This document shows positions 27,695 through 38,700 of a stretch of 64,000 nt of DNA, one piece after another; positions within the stretch are counted from its first letter, which is position 1, and each line of letters opens with the position of its first letter. This DNA comes from a bacterium. GTDB lineage: Bacteria; CLD3; SB21. Made by a program: the position numbers and the translations under genes. Under the pieces are notes generated by a model that was not told the DNA's origin, searched no databases, and saw only the letters and a list, made by a program, of their open reading frames with translations. The DNA lies in assembly GCA_008933615.1 (NCBI GenBank), contig WBUR01000025.1:8-64007 (forward strand). Direction: 5' to 3'.

Positions 27695-27830
27695 TTGACA
27701 TCTTTCATGAAACTTTTTATATTGGAAACCGTAGAAACGAACTAAGTTTCCTATAAATGTAGCAGATTTAATGATTTAAACTGCTAATTTTTTTAACTTT
27801 ATGGAAACCGGAAACACTGAAATAGTTTCC
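27695..27830 (+). promoter_or_regulatory. Sigma70 promoter followed by two copies of a 28-bp inverted-repeat operator candidate
   Basis: TTGACA (27695-27700), 17-nt spacer, TATATT (27718-27723). Then GGAAAC-N16-GTTTCC at 27724-27751 and again at 27803-27830, just upstream of the second TetR gene. Confidence 0.6.
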
Positions 27831-27849
27831 TGATAATCGAGGAGAAAAT

Positions 27850-28482
27850 ATGTCGGAAGAAATGGAAACCAAACAAAGAATCATGCGTGCCGCAGGGGAG
27901 AAGTTCATCCAATATGGATTCAGCAAGGTTACGATGGAGGAAATCGCCGAAGAACTGGGCATGAGCAAGAAAACACTGTATCAGCACTATGACAGCAAAA
28001 TGGTTTTACTGCAAGAATTGGTGGCACACAAGGTCGGAGAATGTAATGGCTTTATGTGCGGATTGACCGATACCAAAGACATGGCCTTCGTGGAAAAATT
28101 AAAAAAGATGATTGAGTTTGTCGGAACCCTGTATACCAGCTTCAATAAACATTTTGTCGACGATATGCGCAAGCACGCCCCGGAAGTTTGGAAAGTGATC
28201 GATGACCATCGGAGGAAACATATTGTGGAAGAATTCGGGCAACTCATCAGAGAGGGCGTTGAAAAAGGAAAATTTCGCAGCGATGTGGATGAAAAGTTGT
28301 CCACGCTGATCATGCTTACTTTGGTGGAAAATTTGATCAACCCGGAAACATTATCGACATTGCCTTATACTGCATCGCAAATTTTCGAGAACATTTCAAA
28401 AATATTCTATGAAGGCTTCCTTACGGAAGAAGCGCGAGCGGAATATATTCGTCATGAAAAAGAAATTCAGAATTTAATTTAA
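27850..28482 (+). CDS. TetR/AcrR-family transcriptional regulator
   Basis: TetR HTH (FIQYGFSKVTMEEIAEELGMSKKTLYQHYDSK). Heads the second efflux operon. Confidence 0.9.
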   Translation: MSEEMETKQRIMRAAGEKFIQYGFSKVTMEEIAEELGMSKKTLYQHYDSKMVLLQELVAHKVGECNGFMCGLTDTKDMAFVEKLKKMIEFVGTLYTSFNKHFVDDMRKHAPEVWKVIDDHRRKHIVEEFGQLIREGVEKGKFRSDVDEKLSTLIMLTLVENLINPETLSTLPYTASQIFENISKIFYEGFLTEEARAEYIRHEKEIQNLI

Positions 28483-28505
28483 GTTATTTTATTTGGAGAG
28501 AATCT

Positions 28506-29852
28506 ATGAACCTGCTGAAAGCGATATTTTTCTGGAGCATAATAGCGTGGCCCGTTCTGTCGGCGCAGGAGCTGCGGAAACTGACCGTCGAAGAAGCCCT
28601 ACAAATCGGGCTTGAAAACAGCAAATCCCTGCACGCGTCGCAAATGAAAGCCGAGTCCGCTTCGGCTAAAAAATCAGAAACTAATGCGGCCCGGTTGCCG
28701 TCGTTGAAACTAACTGCGGGCTATACGCGGTTGAGCGACGTACCGCCGGGACAGTTTTCGATACCGGCCAATGCTTTCGCCCCGGGTGTTCCCGTTACCG
28801 ACGTCACAAGCACGCTGTCACCAACTATTCTGAATACCTATACTTTGAAAGCTACCGTGCAGCAGCAACTTTTTACAGGCTTTCGTCTGGAAAATAATTC
28901 GAAGGTAGCGGAACTTTCAGAAAAAGCTAGCAGGCAGGATCTCGAAAAAGATAAAACCGACATGATCTATGCGATTCGTCTTGCGTATTGGAATTTGTTT
29001 AGAGCAACGGAAGTTAAAAAAGTGGTCGACGAGAATGTAGATCAGGTTCAAGCGCATCTGAAAGACGCGCAAAATCTGCTCGCGCAGGGTATGATAACCA
29101 ATAATGATGTGCTCAAAGTTCAGGTACAGCTCTCCAGCGTCCGGTTACTTCAGATCGACGCAAGAAACGGCGTAGAATTATCGATGATCAATCTGAATAA
29201 CCTGATCGGCTTACCGCTTGGAACGCAGATCGAGATTTCATCGGTGATCACAAATGACCCGATGGTGTTTCAGGAAGTGTCCGCTCTGATCCAAAAAGCA
29301 GCAGATCAAAGACAGGACGTCAAGGCGCTGGAATACCGTTTACAGGCGGGCGATGCTTCGGTAAAAATTGCCCAGGCAGGTTATTATCCGCAGGCTTCGT
29401 TAACCGGAAATTATTATTACAACAGCCCCAATACGCGTTACTTTCCGACGCGAGACCAATTCAAAACCGGATGGGATGTCGGTGTAACGGTAAATTTTGA
29501 TGTATGGAACTGGGGCGCCACGAAATATCAAACGAAACAGGCGCAGGCGCAAGTTGCTCAGGTTAAAGACGCGCTTGGATTACTCAAGGACGGCATTAGC
29601 CTGGAAGTTACGCAAAATTATTTAAACCTCCGGAAAGACAAAGAAAAAATAGAAGTTGCAAAACAAAGTATAGCGGAAGCCGAGGAAAGTTACCGCATCA
29701 CCAGTGAAAAATTTAAACGCGGCGTTGCGCTTACGACAGACTTGCTCGACGCGGAGGTAGCGGTGCTGCGGGCCAAGACGGATCATACCGATGCGCTTGT
29801 GGAATACGAATTGGCCGAAGCGAGGTTATTAAAAGCCATTGGAGAAAAATAG
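28506..29852 (+). CDS. TolC-family outer-membrane efflux protein
   Basis: Signal peptide, LTVEEALQIGLENSKSL and the duplicated TolC repeat architecture. Confidence 0.9.
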   Translation: MNLLKAIFFWSIIAWPVLSAQELRKLTVEEALQIGLENSKSLHASQMKAESASAKKSETNAARLPSLKLTAGYTRLSDVPPGQFSIPANAFAPGVPVTDVTSTLSPTILNTYTLKATVQQQLFTGFRLENNSKVAELSEKASRQDLEKDKTDMIYAIRLAYWNLFRATEVKKVVDENVDQVQAHLKDAQNLLAQGMITNNDVLKVQVQLSSVRLLQIDARNGVELSMINLNNLIGLPLGTQIEISSVITNDPMVFQEVSALIQKAADQRQDVKALEYRLQAGDASVKIAQAGYYPQASLTGNYYYNSPNTRYFPTRDQFKTGWDVGVTVNFDVWNWGATKYQTKQAQAQVAQVKDALGLLKDGISLEVTQNYLNLRKDKEKIEVAKQSIAEAEESYRITSEKFKRGVALTTDLLDAEVAVLRAKTDHTDALVEYELAEARLLKAIGEK

Positions 29853-29932
29853 ATGGTAACCGCAAGAGCGCGCAAAGTTATTTAGAAATGTAAATGTAAA
29901 AACGGTAAGATATTAATATAAAAGGAGAAAAC

Positions 29933-30982
29933 ATGAAATCATTAAAGGGCATTTTACTGATCGCATTTATTCTGGGAGCAGTTATCACCGTGCTCCTTCA
30001 CAACAAGGCTACCAGCGCGTCAACGGCAAGGAATGACAAAATGACCACATTCCCCGTTTCTGCTGCAATTGCGGGAAAAGAAACAATGGAAGAGAGTTTG
30101 AGTATGGTCGGCACGATTGTTGGCAATAACGATGTAGCCATCGTATCTGAAACGCAAGGCCGTGTCGTTTCCGTTTATGCGAAAATCGGCGATTATGTAC
30201 CGGCAGGATCGCCCATCGTACAGGTGGATGACGAAGTGAAGCAGTCCAACTTCAAGGCGGCCGAAGCAACTTATGAAAAAGCAAAAAAAGATTTACTGCG
30301 TAATGAAGAGCTTTTCAAAGACGGTACTATTACGGAATTACAGATGGAAGCGTCGCGGCTGGCGTATGTAGGCGCGGAGAACCAGTACATCGTCGCCAAA
30401 CGTCAGTTAAATGATACGCGCATTAAAACGCCGATAGACGGCATGGTCACTGCGCGAACCGTGGACATGGGCGTGATGATTCAGCCCGGAATGACCATCG
30501 CCAATGTGGTTGACATTTCCAAACTTAAAGTTAAACTCAATGTTGCTGAAAACGACGCATTCAAGTTAAAAGCAGGCGATAAAGTTGAAATTACCACGGA
30601 GGTTTACCCCGGACTGACTTTTGCCGGAAAGATCGAGAGCGTCAGTTCTAAAGGCGATGAAGCCCATACCTACCCGGTTGAAATGTCTCTTGCCAACAGC
30701 AGGGAGAATCCATTAAAGGCGGGGATGTTCTGCCGTGTTAATTTTGTTTCAGTTCTCGGTATGGAAACCATCGTCATTCCAAGAGAAGCGGTGATAGGCA
30801 GCATTAAGGATCCGAAAGTGTATGTGATTGAAAACGGCATTGCACGACTACGCAGCATTATTGCCGGGAATGAATCCGGAACGAAATTACAAATTTTACA
30901 GGGATTGAAGGACGGGGAAAAGATCGTTGTCGCCGGACATAATAATCTGAAAGACGACGTTCCCGTAACCATCATGCAATAA
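29933..30982 (+). CDS. Efflux RND periplasmic adaptor subunit
   Basis: HlyD/AcrA-like lipoyl, hairpin and beta-barrel segments (GRVVSVYAKIGDYVPAGSPIVQVDD..., IKTPIDGMVTAR...). Confidence 0.9.
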   Translation: MKSLKGILLIAFILGAVITVLLHNKATSASTARNDKMTTFPVSAAIAGKETMEESLSMVGTIVGNNDVAIVSETQGRVVSVYAKIGDYVPAGSPIVQVDDEVKQSNFKAAEATYEKAKKDLLRNEELFKDGTITELQMEASRLAYVGAENQYIVAKRQLNDTRIKTPIDGMVTARTVDMGVMIQPGMTIANVVDISKLKVKLNVAENDAFKLKAGDKVEITTEVYPGLTFAGKIESVSSKGDEAHTYPVEMSLANSRENPLKAGMFCRVNFVSVLGMETIVIPREAVIGSIKDPKVYVIENGIARLRSIIAGNESGTKLQILQGLKDGEKIVVAGHNNLKDDVPVTIMQ

Positions 30983-31153
30983 CGAAAATTAGAAATGAAA
31001 AACATTTAACGAGAAATGAATAATAAAAAAGTGAACCATGGAGACGTCGACATTAGGCATAAAAATAGATTGTTCAAAACGTCTTAGCCATTTTTGATTA
31101 TTGGTTAAATGTTATTTATTGAAATTAAGAGCCGTTACAAATAGGAGATAACT

Positions 31154-34100
31154 ATGACCTTAACAGAATTAGCCATAAAGCGTCCGTCCTTGATCGTGGT
31201 GATCTTCACGGTTCTCGGCGTGCTGGGGCTTTACAGTTATTCACAATTAAGCTACGAATTGCTTCCCAAGATAAGTCCGCCGGTTCTGACCGTAACGACT
31301 TTTTATCCGGGCGCCTCGCCGAACGAAGTTGAAACGTCGGTGACAAAACTTGTGGAAGATGCGGTATCGAGTTTGGATGAGATCTCGGCGGTCAATTCAA
31401 CCTCGCAGGAAGGGCTGTCTCTCGTGACGGTTGAATTTAATCAGGCGGCGGATATCGACATTGCTTTGCAAAATGCGCAGAGGAAGGTCGGCGAGATCGC
31501 AGCACGCCTCCCGTCGGATGCAAAATCTCCGACGTTGTCTAAATTCGCCATCGATGAAATGCCGGTGATCCGTATGGGCATTCTCAGTTCAAAGCCGCCG
31601 CGTGAATTTTATCAATTTTTGAAAGATCACGTGAAGCCGCGCTTTTCACAATTACCGGGCGTAGCGCAGGTTACGATGATCGGGGGGGATGAACGCGAGA
31701 TCAAAATTAATTTAGATCCCGGGAAACTTCGTTCCTACGGACTGTCCATTGCGCAGGCGGCGCAGGCTATCAAGTATTCCAACCTTGATTTTCCGACCGG
31801 AAAGATCAAGGATGTGGACGGGCAATTTATTGTACGCGTGGCCGGTAAGTTCACCTCCATCGACGATATCCGAAATACCGTCATTTCGCGTTCACGGCAG
31901 GGCGGTGAAATAAAAGTTTCCGATATAGCCGAAGTACAGGACGGACAAAAAGATTATACCAATATAAGCCGCATCAACGGGAAAACTGCCGTCGGTATGC
32001 TGATCCAGAAACAGTCGGATGCCAATGCCGTCGAGATCAGCAAACTGGTGCGCAAAGAAATTATTAAACTGGAACAAGATTACAAAGATATTCAGTTGAA
32101 GTTTGACATCGCGCAGGACGGATCGCTGTTTACCGTTGACGCGTCGAATGCAGTTAAAACGGACCTAGCCATTGCCGTTATGCTTGTTGCGCTGGTCATG
32201 TTATTATTCCTGCACAGTCTGCGTAATTCCGTTATCGTCATGATCGCCATCCCGGCTTCGCTGATATCTACATTCACGGCGATCTATATGTTCGGATTTT
32301 CATTAAACCTGATGACGCTGCTGGGACTGTCGCTGGTGGTGGGAATTCTTGTGGACGACTCGATCGTCGTTCTGGAAAATATATATCACCACATGGAAAA
32401 AGGACAGGAGCGCAGAACGGCAGCCTTAACCGGCCGAAATGAGATCGGATTTGCAGCGCTCGCGATTACGCTGGTAGACGTCGTTGTATTCCTGCCGCTG
32501 GCTATGACCACGGGCTTGATTGGAAACATTATCAGGCAATTTGCCGTCGTGGTCGTGGTGTCCACTATTTTAAGTCTATTTGTTTCGTTCACCATAACGC
32601 CGATGCTTGCGTCGCGATTTGCCAAAATTGAACGATTGACAAAAAACACGCTGCTTGGACGCTTTGCGCTGGCTTTTGAGTCTATCTATGAAAGATTCAG
32701 CGGCCATTATATGAACTTACTCAAATGGAGTTTGGCCAATAAAGGAAAAATATTTTTATTAACCGTGGTCTTATTTTTTGCTTCCCTGTCACTGGTTCCG
32801 CTTGGGTTTATCGGATCCGAATTTGTAGCGCAGTCCGATCGCGGTGAATTTGCCGTAACGATTGAACTGCCGTCCGGCTCGACAATTGAACATACCAATT
32901 ATGCAACGCAGGAAGTCGAGCGGATTCTTTTTGCGATGCCGGAAGTGGATAAAGTTTTTACCAATGTCGGCGCATCCAACGAAGGATTCATCGGGCAAGC
33001 ATCTAACTATTCATCCGAATTGAATGTGGCCTTAATTCACAAATCACAAAGGAGCAAATCTACGGATGAAATAGGATGGGAAATAAAACAACGGCTTCAG
33101 CAAATTCCAGGAATGAAAGTCCGGGTTAATCCCATCGGAATTTTCGGTACTGCAAATCAGACGCCGGTTCAGATCATCGTCAGCGGGCCGACCCGCGCGG
33201 AGGTTAGCGCGGCGGCAGATCGTGTGGCAGCTATACTCGGCGACATTTCAGGAACGGCGGATATCCGGCTTTCATCCGAAGAAGGTAAACCGGAGTCGCG
33301 CGTAGAAATCGCTCGCGAAAAAATGGCGGCATTTGGATTGACGATTGCAGATATCGGTAATACGCTCAGCATCGCGCTTGCAGGGGATGACGAATCGAAA
33401 TTCAGGGACGGAGATAACGAATATGATATCCGTATCGCGCTGGACGAGTCGGATCGATCCAGAACCGGCAAACTTGGAAGTATCGTATTTTTCAATCGAC
33501 GCGGGGAACAGGTCGAACTACAGCAATTCGCGACCATTGTTCACGCGAGCGGGCCGACTAAACTTCAGCGACGCGATCGTAATAATTCGATCACCGTTTT
33601 CTCACAAGTCATCGGACGCCCCAGCGGGAGTGTGGGTGCGGATTTTGAAGCAGCAATGAAGAAAGAAGCCCTACCGCAAGGAGTGAGCATTGCCTATGCA
33701 GGGGATCTGAAGAACCAGGCTGATTCTTTTGGCAGTTTAGGACTCGCATTGATCGCAGGTATCTTATTTGTTTACCTGATCATGGTGGCATTGTATGATT
33801 CTTATGTTTACCCTTTTGTTGTATTGTTCTCGATACCGGTGGCTATGGTTGGCGCACTTTTGGCGCTTGCGCTTATGATGAAGTCGCTATCGATCTTTTC
33901 AATGTTAGGTATTATTATGTTGGTCGGACTGGTTGCAAAAAACGCAATTTTACTGGTAGATCGCACTAATCAAACCCGGCTGGAAAACGGGTTGTCCACG
34001 TATGATGCTTTGATCGAAGCCGGTAAATCGAGGCTGCGACCGATTTTGATGACGACGCTTACCATGATATTTGGAATGCTTCCGATCGCACTGTCGACCA

Positions 34101-34342
34101 GTTCCGGTTCGGAATGGAAAACCGGTTTGGCCTGGGCGCTGGTAGGCGGTTTGACCAGCTCGATGTTCCTGACCTTGCTTCTGGTTCCGGTGGTCTATAG
34201 TAAGGTGGATCAATGGAAAGAAAAACTGCCGCGTTTGTTTGGAAAAGTTTTTTGGTCCATGGAAAATGAATTGTCCGACGCCGGAACGGCAATACGCGAC
34301 AACGGCCGTAAAGAGAAAATAAAAGAATTGGCGAAAACCTAA
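31154..34342 (+). CDS. RND efflux permease (AcrB-like)
   Basis: 1062 aa, 12-TM RND architecture (GILVDDSIVVLENIYHH, LRPILMTTLTMIFGMLPIAL). Confidence 0.95.
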   Translation: MTLTELAIKRPSLIVVIFTVLGVLGLYSYSQLSYELLPKISPPVLTVTTFYPGASPNEVETSVTKLVEDAVSSLDEISAVNSTSQEGLSLVTVEFNQAADIDIALQNAQRKVGEIAARLPSDAKSPTLSKFAIDEMPVIRMGILSSKPPREFYQFLKDHVKPRFSQLPGVAQVTMIGGDEREIKINLDPGKLRSYGLSIAQAAQAIKYSNLDFPTGKIKDVDGQFIVRVAGKFTSIDDIRNTVISRSRQGGEIKVSDIAEVQDGQKDYTNISRINGKTAVGMLIQKQSDANAVEISKLVRKEIIKLEQDYKDIQLKFDIAQDGSLFTVDASNAVKTDLAIAVMLVALVMLLFLHSLRNSVIVMIAIPASLISTFTAIYMFGFSLNLMTLLGLSLVVGILVDDSIVVLENIYHHMEKGQERRTAALTGRNEIGFAALAITLVDVVVFLPLAMTTGLIGNIIRQFAVVVVVSTILSLFVSFTITPMLASRFAKIERLTKNTLLGRFALAFESIYERFSGHYMNLLKWSLANKGKIFLLTVVLFFASLSLVPLGFIGSEFVAQSDRGEFAVTIELPSGSTIEHTNYATQEVERILFAMPEVDKVFTNVGASNEGFIGQASNYSSELNVALIHKSQRSKSTDEIGWEIKQRLQQIPGMKVRVNPIGIFGTANQTPVQIIVSGPTRAEVSAAADRVAAILGDISGTADIRLSSEEGKPESRVEIAREKMAAFGLTIADIGNTLSIALAGDDESKFRDGDNEYDIRIALDESDRSRTGKLGSIVFFNRRGEQVELQQFATIVHASGPTKLQRRDRNNSITVFSQVIGRPSGSVGADFEAAMKKEALPQGVSIAYAGDLKNQADSFGSLGLALIAGILFVYLIMVALYDSYVYPFVVLFSIPVAMVGALLALALMMKSLSIFSMLGIIMLVGLVAKNAILLVDRTNQTRLENGLSTYDALIEAGKSRLRPILMTTLTMIFGMLPIALSTSSGSEWKTGLAWALVGGLTSSMFLTLLLVPVVYSKVDQWKEKLPRLFGKVFWSMENELSDAGTAIRDNGRKEKIKELAKT

Positions 34343-34365
34343 GCGGGCTTGTATCTGTATTCAAT

Positions 34366-34403
34366 CTCTCCTCGATAATTTGACTTGAGGAGGGCTTTTT
34401 TTT
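34366..34403 (+). terminator. Rho-independent terminator of efflux operon 2
   Basis: CTCCTC/GAGGAG stem with a 13-nt loop, followed by GGC and TTTTTTTT. Confidence 0.55.
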
Positions 34404-34447
34404 ATTGTATTATGGCTCAGTCAAATTGTTAATTTTATTTATTAATT

Positions 34448-35554
34448 ATGCAGCCTAAAAAAGTTTTTTACCGTCTCATAGTCGGTCTTTTTATTATTCA
34501 GTCAACAGCCTCTGTCACATTCTCGCAAGATGTAGCAGATTCACTGGTTCAGAAGAAAAACAAACTATTTTATTTTCCGATCATTTTCTGGACACCGCAA
34601 ACAAGACTCATGGGCGGCGGTTCGGTTGGGTATACGATGTACAAAAGTATAGGTGATAGTACGCCGTCTCCGTCCGTCATATCCGTCTATGCGGTATATA
34701 CGCAGCGCAATCAGTCCGACATTACGCTGAGTTATGAAAATCACTGGAACAAGGACCGATGGCACTTTCAGACAACGGGGAGCTATACCGAATGGTTCAA
34801 TCTGTTTTATGGCATAGGCAATAGCACTACAGATTCAACTTATGAGGAATATACTCCAAAAACATTGGCGTTTCGCGTGAAATTGTCTAAAACCGTTCGC
34901 CCACATCTGCAGATAGGATTAGTTACCGAATTCGATTACAGCAGGGTTGTTAAAAGCGAGGCCAACGGTTATTTTGCAAATCTTAATATTCCGGGCGAGA
35001 AGTCCGGCCTCTCATCGGGACTGGGTGTCAGCGCAGACTATGATTCAAGAGACAGCAAAATTTATCCTGCGCGCGGCAAATATCAGCAATATTCACTGAT
35101 TCCGTTCCACGCAACCTTGGGAAGCGATTACAATTTTGTGAGATTTGTTGCCAACGTCCGCCAGTATTTTTCGCCTTTTGAAAGTCATGTTATTGCGTAT
35201 CAGGCTTATATGAGTTTGATCGCGTATAATCCCCCTTACTACAAAATGTCATTATTTGGCAGTGACGGATTGATGCGGGGGTATTATCCCGCCAGATTCC
35301 GCGACCGCAATATGGTTGCATTTCAGGCGGAATACCGTATGCCGTTATTCTGGAGAATTAGCGCTGCAGGTTTTGGCGGTTATGGAGATGTCGCGCATGA
35401 TGTAAAAGATTTCAGATTACAAGAACTAAAATACTCAGTAGGATTTGGAATTCGTTTTATCATCGACCGGCGCACAAAGTCATGCGTTCGGCTGGATATT
35501 GCTGTGGGAAAGAATTCGGCGTATCCCACCATTGCCATAGGTGAAGCCTTTTAG
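34448..35554 (+). CDS. Omp85/BamA-TamA-family outer-membrane beta-barrel without POTRA domains
   Basis: Signal peptide. The C-terminal surface-antigen (D15) barrel pattern ends in ...RLDIAVGKNSAYPTIAIGEAF with a terminal aromatic residue. Confidence 0.65.
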   Translation: MQPKKVFYRLIVGLFIIQSTASVTFSQDVADSLVQKKNKLFYFPIIFWTPQTRLMGGGSVGYTMYKSIGDSTPSPSVISVYAVYTQRNQSDITLSYENHWNKDRWHFQTTGSYTEWFNLFYGIGNSTTDSTYEEYTPKTLAFRVKLSKTVRPHLQIGLVTEFDYSRVVKSEANGYFANLNIPGEKSGLSSGLGVSADYDSRDSKIYPARGKYQQYSLIPFHATLGSDYNFVRFVANVRQYFSPFESHVIAYQAYMSLIAYNPPYYKMSLFGSDGLMRGYYPARFRDRNMVAFQAEYRMPLFWRISAAGFGGYGDVAHDVKDFRLQELKYSVGFGIRFIIDRRTKSCVRLDIAVGKNSAYPTIAIGEAF

Positions 35555-35654
35555 AGGCGAGCAACAAAACATCTCCGGCAGAATAATGCAGACTATTTTA
35601 TCTGAGCGGCAGTGGAGTTGTTGCTGAATATTTTTGAATCGCAAATACTATAAA

Positions 35655-35692
35655 ATAAAAAACCCGTACGACTGAATCGTACGGGTTTTTTT
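35655..35692. terminator. Bidirectional terminator between convergent genes
   Basis: A-run, then a 10-bp stem ACCCGTACGA/TCGTACGGGT with a 5-nt loop, then a T-run. Confidence 0.8.
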
Positions 35693-35709
35693 ATTTGTTC
35701 GAGTAGAAA

Positions 35710-38700
35710 TTATTTCAGAAAATTCATTTTTCGGGTGATAATTTCATTGCCTGCCTGCAGGCGATAGATATAAATTCCGCTGGACACCGCGGCGCCGAAC
35801 TGGTTGCGGCCGTCCCACAGTTGATCATAATTTCCAGCCTTACGGTTCTCATTAATCAAAGACCGGATTTCCTGGCCAAGTATATTATAGATCTTCAGCG
35901 ATACATGGCTTTCTTTCGGAATTCCAAAACGGATGGACGTTGTCGGATTAAAAGGATTAGGGTAGTTCTGATCGAGCGTGAGTTTGGCTGGAACGACCTG
36001 TCCTTTTTGGCCGCCACGAGCAACCTGCGCGAGTCCGCCGCTTAACGTCAGCGTATAGGCCGCCGTTGCGCCTGAATAGCCGTTAACTTTAACATAATAA
36101 CGTCCGACTCCGGCAGTGTAGTTCCCGGTTTCCGGATTATTGACCGTGTAGCCGCGGGCGACTTCCGTCAACGCCGAATTGTACATATACCAATCTAAGT
36201 CGGCCGATCCGGTGATAGCTAACGTTACTCCTACATTACCTGCAGTACTTACGTCAAAATAATACCAGTCGTTATCGGTCGTGCTCGAGACGCTGCCGCT
36301 GACCGCTACGCCTGTTCCGACAGGTCCATCTGCGCTGGTCGACGCGCCGTTGTCTTCACTTTCAGCAGTGATCGGCGGCGTAGGGCCGCCGGTTGTACCT
36401 GTAACACTGATATCGTCAAACGACATACCGTCTGTCGCGATCACGTAATTATCATATTGTTGAAATCGAATCACAAAAGTACTCGTCATCGTCAAGCCAT
36501 TGGATGCACAAAGCGCATCGATGTCGAGAGTGAATTGTGTGTAAACGGTGCTGTATGATGCCGGCAGGAATGTGTAGACTTTTGTAAAAGTCGATCCGCC
36601 GTTACTCGAGAAATACACGCCGTCGTTGGTATGGTTTTCATCGCCAAAATCTTTCCACCAAAAGGACAGCGTCGCATTTGTGTATCCCGACAGATTGACT
36701 TTGAGATCGGCATGGTTTTCAGAGTAGTTGTTATTTGTTGTGACATCCATGGTAAGATGATAGCTTCCGCTATGCGGCGCGTTGGCTGTTGTTCGAAGGA
36801 TGCGGCCGAAACTATTGCTGCTGGATGTTGCCCAGTATGCGTCGAGCGCCGTTTCAAATCCAAAGGAGTAAGGTAGAGTTGCATAACCTCCGGACGGAAC
36901 CGTAATAGTGAAGTTCGCGTTGCTGACGTCGTTCGTTGCAGCGTTTAATGCATCGGATACGCGCACACGGCCTTGTGTCGTTGCAGAACTCGGAACCGTC
37001 CAGGCTTCCGTTCCGTCATTAGCAGTAGAGGTAGAAATAACGGTATAGTTCGTTCCGCCGTCAAGCGAATATTCCAGTTTTACATTGGCGATAGTGCCCG
37101 TGCTCGTCCAGGTAATAGTAGTGGAATTTCCGCCTGTCAGATTTTCTCCGCCATTTGGAGCCGTAACAGTCACGGAATTCGTCGGAGCAACGGTGATGGT
37201 AAAGTTCGCATTGCTGACGTCATTGGTTGCCGCATTGAGTACATCGGATACGCGCACGCGGCCTTGTGTCGTTGCAGTACTTGGAACCGTCCATGCTTGT
37301 GATCCGTCATTGGCAGTAGAGGCAGCAATGACGGTATAGTTCGTTCCTCCGTCAGTCGAGTACTCCAGCTTCACGTTCGCTATAGTTCCGGTGCTTGTCC
37401 ATGTGATATTAGTGGAAGTTCCTGCCGTAAGATTTTCGCCGCCATTGGGAGCCGTAACGGTCACGGAATTCGTCGGAGTGGTGGTCTGCAAAGGAGATTC
37501 CCATAGACCGCGCCCGTAAGTTGCAGCGCGGATCTTACCGGCGCTTACGTGAATTTCCAGTTCGTTGACAATCACATTAGGAAGGCCCGTATCATAAGCT
37601 TCCCAGGTTGTTCCGCCGTCTGCGGAATAAAATGCGCCAAGGTCCATACCGATATACACGTCGTTAGGAGTTGTCGGATGAACGGCGACGCAATTGGCCG
37701 GTACGTTAGGCAGGGATGTGGATATGTTGGTCCATGACGTTCCGCCATTGACGGTTTTGAAAACTTTGCTGCCTGCAGTAAATCCGCCTATGGTTGCCCA
37801 AATAGTATTAGGATCTGTCGGGTGAAACGCAACATACGTGACACCGGCAGGAAGGCCGGAGCCGGATAAACTGGTCCATGTCCAGGTACTTCCTCCGAAA
37901 ACTCCTTTCCATGCGTTTGCGGCGTTAGCCGTTATCATGGTAGTTCCGTTGGATGGCGCTACGGCGAGCACGGTAAGAGGATCGCTTGTAGTTCCCAGCG
38001 CGGAGGCGCTAATGGATGACCATGTCGGCGTAGTGTTGGTCACATTCGTACTGCGATACACTTTTGTCATGGTCGCATAATACATGGTAGTATTGACCAG
38101 CGGATTGAGAACATAGGGTGTAACCCATGCGCCGTCTTCAGAAGGATCGGCCATATTTGTGGGCGTACCTCCCGATGTCGTGCGATAAATGTCGCCATAG
38201 TACAGCGCGCCGTATTGAATGTTGGCGTTCGTGAAGTCTACGGCGCATTCCATGCCGTCGCCGCCGATGATACGGGTCCAGCTCCCGGCGTTATAACGAT
38301 CTGTGCCGTTATCCTGTGCGCCGCCGAGTACTATGCTCGCATTGGTTTTTGAAGCGCCGATCCGATAGTATTGATGAATACCAAGTCCGTTGCTAAAATC
38401 CGTCCAGGTCGTTCCATTATTTGTTGTTTTAAAGAATCCGCCGTCGTTGCCACTGAAAAGCGTCGTGCCGCTGCCCGGCAAAAATTCGACCGCATGATGA
38501 TCCGCGTGAGCGTACGATGCGCCCGATCCGGTCCAATGCGCGTTGATCGTCCAGGTGGTTCCGCCGTTAGTTGAACGCCATATATTGACGCCGCCGGTAT
38601 ATACATTATTCGCATCGGTAGGGGAAACGGTGATGCAGAGATCGTACCAGCCCTGTCCGCCCGCATCGCCGCCATTGCTATTCCAGCCTAATAAATTAGG

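Noticed and set aside
36899-37480. The 291-bp repeats as a possible DGR template/variable-repeat pair, or as a CRISPR-like array
   Set aside because: The repeats are in-frame coding tandem domains. Differences between the copies involve all base types rather than adenine-specific changes. No reverse transcriptase or cas gene is in the window, and there are only two copies with no spacers.
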